From NCBI GenBank assembly GCA_963716195.1, contig OY970293.1:622909-686908 (forward strand): 64,000 nt of DNA. Direction: 5' to 3'. The DNA comes from an uncultured Solirubrobacterales bacterium (lineage in GTDB: Bacteria > Actinomycetota > Thermoleophilia > Solirubrobacterales > JBBDJG01). A program made the position numbers and the translations under genes. Below, piece by piece: positions 56,619 through 64,000 of this stretch. A model generated the notes under the pieces. The model made no database searches and was not told the origin of the DNA. It saw only the letters and a program-made list of their open reading frames with translations. Each line of letters begins with the position of its first letter. The stretch's first letter is position 1.

Positions 56619-57926
56619 ATGCCGGCCCGCGGCATCCTGTTATGCGCGACGATCGCGTTCGGCGCGTTCGCGTCCGCATCGGCGGTGTCCGGCGACAGCT
56701 CGTCGATCGCCGGCCGGTCGGTGCGGGACCGGCAGATCGTCGCCGTGCGATCGGGCGACGCGAATGCACGCACGCGCGTACTGGTCGTCGGCTCCATCCA
56801 TGGCAACGAGACCGCCGGTCACGCGGTCGTGCGGCGCTTGCGCGCGCTGCGGCCGCCCGGTGGGGTGGCATTGTGGACGGTGCGCAGCGTGAATCCCGAC
56901 GGCGTCGCAGCAGGGACCCGTCAGAACGCTCGGGGCGTGGACCTGAACCGCAACTTCCCGTATCGCTGGGGAAGGCAAGGCGAGCCGTTCAGCACGTTCT
57001 ACTCGGGACCGCGACCACTTTCCGAGCCGGAGTCGCGCGCGGTGCGCACACTGGTGAGGAAGGTACGTCCAACTTTGACGATCTGGTACCACCAGGCACT
57101 GCGACTGGTCGATCTCGGCAGCGGCGCCGACCGTGCGCTGGTGCGCGCGTATGCGCACCGGGTCGGACTGCCCGCCCGCATGATCGGCTTCCTGCCGGGG
57201 GTCGCCACGCGCTGGCAGAACAGAAGCTTCCCGGGCACCAGCGCCTTCGTTGTGGAGCTCCCCGCCGGTCCACTGTCTGCGCGCCAGGCAAAGCGCCACG
57301 CCCGGGCGGTACTCGCGGTCTCGCGCCGCGCCGCGCGCGCGAGCGCCGTCGAGCCACCGCCGGTGCGCCAGCACCGGATCCCGTTCGGCGCGCAGCGAAA
57401 GCGAGACATGCGGCGGTATGCGCGTCGCCACTACGGGATCGACGACTACCGGCTGAAGAAGCCGCGCGTGATCGTGCTGCACCTGTCCGTCACCGACACC
57501 GCGCAGCAGGTGTTCAACACGTTCGCGCCCAACAGGCCCGACCCGGAGCTCGGGGAGCTGCCGGGCGTTTGCTCCCACTACGTCATCGATCCGCGTGGCC
57601 ACATCTCCCAGCTCGTGTCGCTGCGCATCATGTGTCGCCACACGGTCGGGCTCAATTACACGTCGATCGGAATCGAGCACGTCGGCCGCCGCGAGTCTCA
57701 GGTTTTCGGCCACCGGCGCCAGCTACGCGCTTCTCTACGGCTCGTGCGCTGGCTCCAGTCCCGCTACGGCGTCCGCACGCGCAACGTGATCGGGCACAAG
57801 GAGAGCCTGCGCAGTCCCTACCACCGCGAGCGCGTGCGCCGCCTGCGCACCCAGACTCACGGCGACTTCCCGGCGGTGGACGCTAGCCGTTACCGGCGGC
57901 TGCTGGGACGCCTACCCAATCCCTAG
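56619..57926 (+). CDS. Secreted fusion of an M14 (MpaA-like) carboxypeptidase and an Amidase_2 N-acetylmuramoyl-L-alanine amidase
   Basis: IHGNE, NPDG, RQNARGVDLNRNFP, SEPES; then VIVLH, SHYVID, CRHTVGLNYTSIGIE, VIGH. Confidence 0.85.
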   Translation: MPARGILLCATIAFGAFASASAVSGDSSSIAGRSVRDRQIVAVRSGDANARTRVLVVGSIHGNETAGHAVVRRLRALRPPGGVALWTVRSVNPDGVAAGTRQNARGVDLNRNFPYRWGRQGEPFSTFYSGPRPLSEPESRAVRTLVRKVRPTLTIWYHQALRLVDLGSGADRALVRAYAHRVGLPARMIGFLPGVATRWQNRSFPGTSAFVVELPAGPLSARQAKRHARAVLAVSRRAARASAVEPPPVRQHRIPFGAQRKRDMRRYARRHYGIDDYRLKKPRVIVLHLSVTDTAQQVFNTFAPNRPDPELGELPGVCSHYVIDPRGHISQLVSLRIMCRHTVGLNYTSIGIEHVGRRESQVFGHRRQLRASLRLVRWLQSRYGVRTRNVIGHKESLRSPYHRERVRRLRTQTHGDFPAVDASRYRRLLGRLPNP

Positions 57927-59751
57927 CCCGCGGGCGCGGGCGCGGGGCGGGAGGCTCGTCCCTGTCCCTGCGCGCGACGCGGCCCACTCCCCAGGCGAGC
58001 GTGCCGAGCAGGAGCGCGAACAGTCCCAGGACGACAAGCGATGCGCCGCCCCAAAGCCAGCTCGGAACGCCGAAGTCGCGCTCACGCTGGAGGATCTCCG
58101 CATCTGCCTGGACCGGGCGTGTGACCGACGCCGGCGCGGGCACCTCGGCGGCCGGGATCGCCGGGTCCGCCGGCAGGAACACCGGCACGCCCAGCACCTG
58201 GCGGCCGTTCTGGAGCCGGATGATCGACTTCCAGTCGCCGTGCACTGGGATCGGCTCGGTCGTGCGGTAGACGCCTTCTCCGATCCGCTTCAACTTGTCA
58301 ACGTGCAGTCCGCCGCCCTGCCACGCTGTCGCCGTGATCCAGGCCGGGCTGTCGGCGAGCGTGGGAGGGTCGAAGCGGACGACCGCATTTGCCTCGCGTC
58401 CCTTCGCGGGAGAGTTTTCATCGGTGAGCACGAGCGTCGCGCGCGCACCGCTGGGGTCGCTCGTCATGACGCCGGCAGCCACCGAGACGCCGATGGCGCA
58501 GATCGAAAGGACGGCGATCGCTCGAGCGAGCCCAAGGCGCGGGAGCTCTCCCCGCAGCCCGAGCGCGAGCAAAGCACCGAGCAGGCCGGCGGCGATGCCA
58601 GTAACGGTCGCGCCGAGCAGTGCCTCGGGCAGGATGTCGGCGTTCCACGGCAGGCGGTAAGCGATCTGTGTCCAGCCCCATTCCGCGCCGAGTCCGACCG
58701 TGCCGATCAGCGCGCCGCTCGTCGCTCCGACGGCGAGCGGACGACCGGCGAACGCAAGTGCCGCTGCCTCGACCAGCAGTGCCTCAGCGAGGTAGAGCGG
58801 GATGGCCGGCGTCGTCTCTCCGATCACTGGCCCAACGAGCAGGCTGACCGCGCCGCGCGTGACGATGAAGAAGAGCGCGGCGCCGATCGCACCGCCGCGC
58901 CCGATCCACAGCCGGGCGGCGACGAGCGCGACACCCGCCGCACCGGCGATCAGCAGCGGCTGCAGGACGAGCCGGTACTGCGGCACGCCGAAGTCGAACT
59001 CCGCCTGGAAGGTCGAGAGGCCGATCAGCAGGCCACCGAGCAGGCCGACACGGCGGATGGACGCCACCATCCGCGGGCCCGAGCGGAGGCGGGGTGTTCC
59101 CTTGCGCGAGCGCATGCCCTCGGCGAGCAGCACGCACTGCCCGATCAGCGACAGCCCCGCGCCGCCGATCAGCATCAGGTGCGTCGGGCCCCAGAGAGTG
59201 ACGTCCTGCCCGAACAGGCGGTGCCACACGTCGTCGAGGGGGAACGCGACCAGCGCAAAGGCGCCGCAGGCCGCCGTCAGCACACCGCCGATGGGCGCGT
59301 ACCAGCCCGGCGCGATGCGGATGCCGCCGCCGGCGGGCCGGTCGCCCTTGGGGAGCACGATTGCCAGGACGCCAGCAGCGAACACTCCGAACAGCCCGGC
59401 GAGGATGAAGTAGTGCGCCGGGTTGGCGAGGGGGCCCGGGTCGCGGCCCTGGTCGATGTGCAGGGCGATGTCCCAGTACATCCCGAGCAGGGCGACGTTC
59501 AGGGCGAGTCCGGCCACGGTGCCGGGGAAGGCGGCCCACCCCGGCAGCCCGGATACGCGCTCGAAGAAGGCAGCGATGCGCGCCAGCAGGTTGATCCGGC
59601 CGGTGCGGTGTCCATGCGCGAGTACGAGCAGCGCGCCCGTCGCGATCGAGGCGCCGCCGGTCGCGATCGCCACCTGAAGCGGTTCGGCGCCGCCGGCGGG
59701 CTTGGCTTCGGCGAGCGGGAGAAGGAGCGAAGCGACGGCTTGAGAAATCAC
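57883..59751 (-). CDS. Multi-TM hypothetical membrane protein
   Basis: WDIALH...NPAHY and DDVWHRLFGQDVTLWGPTH His/Trp motifs; more than 12 hydrophobic segments; GGAGG RBS. Confidence 0.8.
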   Translation of the reverse strand: MISQAVASLLLPLAEAKPAGGAEPLQVAIATGGASIATGALLVLAHGHRTGRINLLARIAAFFERVSGLPGWAAFPGTVAGLALNVALLGMYWDIALHIDQGRDPGPLANPAHYFILAGLFGVFAAGVLAIVLPKGDRPAGGGIRIAPGWYAPIGGVLTAACGAFALVAFPLDDVWHRLFGQDVTLWGPTHLMLIGGAGLSLIGQCVLLAEGMRSRKGTPRLRSGPRMVASIRRVGLLGGLLIGLSTFQAEFDFGVPQYRLVLQPLLIAGAAGVALVAARLWIGRGGAIGAALFFIVTRGAVSLLVGPVIGETTPAIPLYLAEALLVEAAALAFAGRPLAVGATSGALIGTVGLGAEWGWTQIAYRLPWNADILPEALLGATVTGIAAGLLGALLALGLRGELPRLGLARAIAVLSICAIGVSVAAGVMTSDPSGARATLVLTDENSPAKGREANAVVRFDPPTLADSPAWITATAWQGGGLHVDKLKRIGEGVYRTTEPIPVHGDWKSIIRLQNGRQVLGVPVFLPADPAIPAAEVPAPASVTRPVQADAEILQRERDFGVPSWLWGGASLVVLGLFALLLGTLAWGVGRVARRDRDEPPAPRPRPRARDWVGVPAAAGNG

Positions 59752-59795
59752 CCTGTACCTCCAAGTGGAGCGATACCCTGACCTGATCGTCGGAA

Positions 59796-59825
59796 ACCGT
59801 ACCATCATTTGATGTCGCATGTCAA
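59796..59825 (-). promoter_or_regulatory. Sigma70-type promoter with a dyad in the spacer (possible MerR operator)
   Basis: TTGACA-N18-TACGGT on the minus strand; CATCA-TT-TGATG inverted repeat at 59803-59814; divergent merR gene. Confidence 0.55.
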
Positions 59826-59841
59826 GGTGTAGAGTCCATCC

Positions 59842-60606
59842 GTGACAAAGGACGCCGAATCCGGCGCCGAGGCGCTCACGATCGACGAGCTGGCCCGAAG
59901 GGTTGGCATGACGGTTCGGAACGTGCGTGCACACCAGTCGCGCGGGCTCCTGCCGGCGCCCGAGATTCGCGGCCGCACGGGCTTCTACGGGCCCGAGCAC
60001 ATCGCGCGGCTGGAGCTGGTGAAGGACCTCCAGGCGGAGGGCTTCAACCTGGAAGCCATCAAGCGCATCGTCGAGAGCTCGCCCGGCACCTCATCCGCCG
60101 AGATCCTTCACTTCACCCGCGCGCTGGCCGAACCCTTCGGCGACGAGCAGCCGGAGGTCATCGATCTGGACAGCTTCAGGGAGCGATGGGGCAAGCAGGC
60201 AACGCCGGAGGCGCTTGCCCGCGCAGAGAAGCTGGGCTTCGTGAGACCGCTCGGCCGGGACCGCTTCGAGATCCTGAGCCCGCGTCTAGAACGCGCCTCG
60301 CAGGAGTTGGCGGAGCTCGGCGTCCCGCTCGAGACGGCGCTGGACGTCACCGCGACCCTGAAGCGCCACGGCGCTGCCGTCGCCAAGGCATACGTGCAGC
60401 TTTTCCTCGACCACATCTGGCGCCCGTTCGAGGAGGCCGGCGAGCCCGAGGAGCGCTGGTCCGAGGTGCGCGACGCGCTCGAACGCCTGCGGCCGCTGGC
60501 GGGCGAGTCTCTGGTCGCCGTCTTCGGGATCGTGATGACGCGGGCCGTCGAAGAGGCACTGGAACGCGAGCTGGCGCGGATCGGGCGGGGGAGCGCGAAG
60601 GCGTAG
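59842..60606 (+). CDS. MerR-family transcriptional regulator
   Basis: LTIDELARRVGMTVRNVRAHQSRGLLP...YGPEHIARL...GFNLEAI. Confidence 0.92.
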   Translation: MTKDAESGAEALTIDELARRVGMTVRNVRAHQSRGLLPAPEIRGRTGFYGPEHIARLELVKDLQAEGFNLEAIKRIVESSPGTSSAEILHFTRALAEPFGDEQPEVIDLDSFRERWGKQATPEALARAEKLGFVRPLGRDRFEILSPRLERASQELAELGVPLETALDVTATLKRHGAAVAKAYVQLFLDHIWRPFEEAGEPEERWSEVRDALERLRPLAGESLVAVFGIVMTRAVEEALERELARIGRGSAKA

Positions 60607-60635
60607 CTCCTTTGCCGGTCTCGCCCTTTTCACGG

Positions 60636-60830
60636 GCACCGAAGGGGTGATGTTCCGGCGTTTCCTTCAGTGCGCTCATCGCGCTGAAGTTCGCACTCTC
60701 GCGATGGGCGTCCACTTGCGGATGTAGTTATGCCGGCTATAGGGGCACAATCCTGCACGCTGCCGGGGGCCGATCACGGGTTCCGCGTCAAGCATCCCGA
60801 GACAGCGCCGCGGACGCACCCGTTCGGTGC
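60636..60830 (+). repeat. Short-type inverted-end/CTATAG element, copy D
   Basis: Ends GCACCGAAGGGGTG / CACCCGTTCGGTGC (13/14); shares GCACTCTCGCGAT, GATGTAGTTATGCCG.CTATAGGGGC and TCCGCGTCAA.CATCCCGAG with the 50.3-50.9 kb array. Confidence 0.88.
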
Positions 60831-60866
60831 AGAAGTCCCTTGGCGCCGATCGCGCGGCGATCAGAC

Positions 60867-63485
60867 CTACGGCGCCGGCGTCTTCGAGTCGATCGAGCGC
60901 AGGTAGTCGACCACGGCGCGGCGGTCGCGGTCGTTTGGTAGACGGTCGGCTACCTTGCCGTTCTGCGTGCGGTGCTTCACGTTGTTGACGACGCAGGCGA
61001 GGGTCTCGCAGGCGCCGTTGTGGTAGTAGGGCGGCAGCACGTTGAGCCCGAGTAGCGACGGAACGTTGTAGCCGGTGCCCCTGCCGTCTCCGTTGTAGTC
61101 GATGCCGAGCGCGTCGGGCGCCGCGCCTGCGGCGCCGGCCGCGTTCAGGGCGGCCGTAGCCTTCTCGACCCCGCCGATGTTGTTGGCGAGCGGGTTGCCG
61201 GCATTGGTCACGCCGAGGTTGAACGAGCCGATGTCGCGCAGGAAGCGGTTCAGGTACTGGTTGGGAACCGGCGCGCCGATCGTCGCTGCGGGCGAGGTCT
61301 CGGTGAAGATCTCAGTGCCGGCCGGCGGTGAGGGGAAGTCCTTGGTGCTGAGCGTGAACTTGCCACCGACGTGGCAGGTTGTGCAACCGGCCTGCACGAA
61401 CAGCGTGTGGCCCTTCGTGACCTGGGATTTCGACAGCCGGTTGCCGACGCCCTTGCTGGTGGACGCGCCTCGCGGTGTCCGGACGGCGCGCCGGACCCAT
61501 TCCCGCAAAGCGGTCATCGCCGGCACCGCCCTGTTGCTGCCCGGGAGGGTGAGGGTCAGCTGGGCCCTCTCGGCGTTCGACTTGGCGAACGCGTTGATCA
61601 CGCACGGCGCGAAGTTGACGTCGCCGTTGTCGCCGATCAGCAGTCCGTGGTTGGGATCCTGGACGCTCGTCGCCGGTGGTGGCACCTGACACGGCAGCGC
61701 GGCGGCGGCGGCGAGGTTGCCGGGTCCCGAGACGGTGCGAACGTTGATCTCGAAGTCCTCGACCTCGTCGAAGATCGCCGAGTAGTTGAGGACGCGCTGC
61801 TCGTTCTGGTTGTTCGGGTTGAAGCTGGCGTTCAGCGGAACCGACTTCCTGGGCCCCGTGCCGAACTGCCACACGATGCCGTCGGTGAGCCCGCGAAAGT
61901 GACAGCTAGAGCAGGTCTGCCAGCCCTCGGACGACAGGCGCTCGCTCGTGGACACGCCGGCGCCGGCAGGCCGGTTGAAGTTCCCGCGCGAGGAGAAGAA
62001 CATCTCCGCCCCGACCTCGACCAGCTCGTCCTGCGATCCGGGTGCGGACAGCGGCGCGGTGCGGATCGCGGCGATCACCCTGTCGGTGGTGAGATCGACT
62101 ACCGAGACGTTGCGCGAGACGAAGTTGAAGGTGTAGGCGCGCGTGCCCTTCTTGTTGATCACGATCCCCTGCGGGTTCTTTCCGGCAGCGTCGCCGCTCG
62201 TCACCGGGTTGGCGGGATCGTTCAGGTCGATGTAGCGCGTCGTGTCGCCGTCGGTGGTGAAGCTCAGCTTGCCGTCGGCGGCGACGTTCACCTTCACGAG
62301 CAGGTCGCTGCCCGAGGAGATCGCATAGGCGGCGCCTGGACCGCTCTTGTTGGTGAACGCGATCCCCCACAGGTTCGCGAAGAAGAGCTTCTTCTTACCG
62401 GGCTCCGGATCACGCGCGCCGAGGTGGAGGTTGAGGAACTTGTTGGCTCCGGTGTCGATCGGCGCGCCGCTGCTGACCCCGTCGAGCACGTTCACGAAGG
62501 CCTGGGTGTCGACGTTGAAGCGGAGCGGCCCGCTCGGTGATGCCGCGATGCTCGGCACGTAGGCCTGGTTGCCGTGGATCACGACGCTCTGCATCTGGTT
62601 CGGGAACGCGGAGGTCGGGTCCGGCGCGCCGTCACCGGTGGAGTCGACCGTGAAGCCGGTCACCTGGGGACCGATCGTGATCCTCTGCGCCGGCCTGTAG
62701 CCCTTGATCCGCTTCGACTTCGTCTTGATGTTGAGCCGGCAGACGACCCCTTCCTTTCCGTTGTCGTCTGCCTGCCGGCCACCCGCGCGGGTGAAGGAGA
62801 GGAAGGCGGTGACGTAGAGCCGCTTGCTGTTCTTGGTGACGGCGAGACCGCGCGGCTGGAAGCGGCGGCTGCGGTCGGGGTCGTTGCAGACGCTCTTCTG
62901 CAGATTGACGTGGCCGATGATGTGCGGGCCCTTAGACCGCTTGGACTTCTTCGAGCGGCGACCACGGCGGCTCTTCGACTTCTTGGCGCGGGTGGCGTCG
63001 ATCACCGTGATCGTGTCCTGGCCGCTGTTGGCTACGAAGACGCGCCGCCCGTTGGGTGAGACCACGATGTTCCACGGCTCCGCGCCCGTGCGCAGGCTTC
63101 CCCTCTTCGCCACCTTCTTGTCGGGCTTGCCGCGCAGCTTGCTCGACGTTGCCTTGCTGATCCTGATCACCGTAACGGTGCCACTGGCCGCGTTCGCGAC
63201 GTAGGCGTAGCGGTTGTTCGGGTCGAGCGCGATGCTTTGGGGCTCGTCGCCGACCTTGATGCGCCCGATCAGCCGGTTCGTCTTGGTCGAGATGATCGTG
63301 ACCGCGTCGGCGCCCGGATTGACCGACCACACATACTTGCCGTCCGCGGAGAGGGCGATCGGACTCGAGTACGTGGGCCCCGAATAGCGGCGGGCGCCGG
63401 CGACGGTGGGGAGGAGGAGCGACAGGGCGGCGACCAAGACTATGCCGCCGAGCGCATGGCGGGCGATCCTCCGTCTCGTGGTCAT
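60867..63485 (-). CDS. Secreted YVTN beta-propeller protein with a di-heme cytochrome c (peroxidase-like) domain
   Basis: Signal peptide; VGDEPQSIAL, AYVANA, VFVANSG repeats; CSSCH and CTTCH; VPSLLG...PPYYHNG. Confidence 0.85.
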   Translation of the reverse strand: MTTRRRIARHALGGIVLVAALSLLLPTVAGARRYSGPTYSSPIALSADGKYVWSVNPGADAVTIISTKTNRLIGRIKVGDEPQSIALDPNNRYAYVANAASGTVTVIRISKATSSKLRGKPDKKVAKRGSLRTGAEPWNIVVSPNGRRVFVANSGQDTITVIDATRAKKSKSRRGRRSKKSKRSKGPHIIGHVNLQKSVCNDPDRSRRFQPRGLAVTKNSKRLYVTAFLSFTRAGGRQADDNGKEGVVCRLNIKTKSKRIKGYRPAQRITIGPQVTGFTVDSTGDGAPDPTSAFPNQMQSVVIHGNQAYVPSIAASPSGPLRFNVDTQAFVNVLDGVSSGAPIDTGANKFLNLHLGARDPEPGKKKLFFANLWGIAFTNKSGPGAAYAISSGSDLLVKVNVAADGKLSFTTDGDTTRYIDLNDPANPVTSGDAAGKNPQGIVINKKGTRAYTFNFVSRNVSVVDLTTDRVIAAIRTAPLSAPGSQDELVEVGAEMFFSSRGNFNRPAGAGVSTSERLSSEGWQTCSSCHFRGLTDGIVWQFGTGPRKSVPLNASFNPNNQNEQRVLNYSAIFDEVEDFEINVRTVSGPGNLAAAAALPCQVPPPATSVQDPNHGLLIGDNGDVNFAPCVINAFAKSNAERAQLTLTLPGSNRAVPAMTALREWVRRAVRTPRGASTSKGVGNRLSKSQVTKGHTLFVQAGCTTCHVGGKFTLSTKDFPSPPAGTEIFTETSPAATIGAPVPNQYLNRFLRDIGSFNLGVTNAGNPLANNIGGVEKATAALNAAGAAGAAPDALGIDYNGDGRGTGYNVPSLLGLNVLPPYYHNGACETLACVVNNVKHRTQNGKVADRLPNDRDRRAVVDYLRSIDSKTPAP

Positions 63486-63583
63486 GTGGGACTCATGCTT
63501 CAGAGAGGACGTCGAAAGGCCGACACTCTCACAGCCGATATCCCGTGTCAACGAATCGGCAACCTTCTCACCCCGTTCTCCAT

Positions 63584-63889
63584 TCATTCACCGGCTCGAG
63601 GCGGCCCGTCCGGCAGGGCGTCGAGCTGGCGCAGCAGCTCGATCGCTTCGGCCCGCAGGCCCGAGTCCAGCTCGCGCCAGTCACCACGGGAGAGCTTGCC
63701 GGTGCGATAGTCGAGCTCTGCCTCCCTGATCTCGCGCAGCTTGGCCTCCTTGGCGGCTTCGAGCTCGGCGCGCTCCGCGCTCGCGCTGCTGTCGGCGTCG
63801 GCGCTCGCCCCGCTTGCATCGGACCAGAGCGGCGCGGCGATCACCACCACGACTATGGCCAGCACGACCAGCACGAGCACCACGTCCAT
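63584..63889 (-). CDS. CcmI-like small membrane protein
   Basis: N-terminal TM, then LEAAKEAKLREIREAELDYRTGKLS.GDW.EL. Confidence 0.7.
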   Translation of the reverse strand: MDVVLVLVVLAIVVVVIAAPLWSDASGASADADSSASAERAELEAAKEAKLREIREAELDYRTGKLSRGDWRELDSGLRAEAIELLRQLDALPDGPPRAGE

Positions 63890-63905
63890 CGCTATGAGTT
63901 CTAAA

Positions 63906-64000
63906 TCAGGCCCGGCCGAGCTCGCGCGCGAGCCGCGCTGAATAGGCGGCCTTCACGCGCCGGGTCGCCCCGGTGGGCGGCGGCCAGAGCGTGATCAGAC
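63906..64000 (-). CDS. 3' end of a probable CcmF heme lyase (partial)
   Basis: ...LITLWPPPTGATRRVKAAYSARLARELGRA* upstream of the CcmI-like gene; called mostly from context. Confidence 0.5.
   Translation of the reverse strand, partial: LITLWPPPTGATRRVKAAYSARLARELGRA

Overview
High-GC actinobacterial DNA; gene content and protein style suggest Thermoleophilia/Solirubrobacterales (inference). In order: a Zn-alcohol dehydrogenase next to a TetR remnant; a cobalamin-riboswitch-controlled ECF B12 uptake operon with transcobalamin-like parts; an iron uptake/ferritin cluster with an IdeR-type box; glpD; and a tightly coupled six-gene operon (divergent folP, metallophosphoesterase, cyclic 2,3-diphosphoglycerate synthetase, 2-phosphoglycerate kinase, transaldolase, degenerate Rho paralog). 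Further on are c-di-GMP and cyclase genes, a patatin/Dyp/STAND regulator/catalase-like/desaturase module, a P450, a peptidoglycan hydrolase fusion and ccm/cytochrome c genes. The most striking non-coding signal is a family of ~195-275 bp intergenic elements with GCAYCGAA(R)GGGG inverted ends and a central CTATAG-capped hairpin whose stem co-varies. It has three dispersed copies and one tandem array. No rRNA, tRNA, CRISPR array, transposase or integrase was recognised. All calls were made by eye from motifs, with no database searches.
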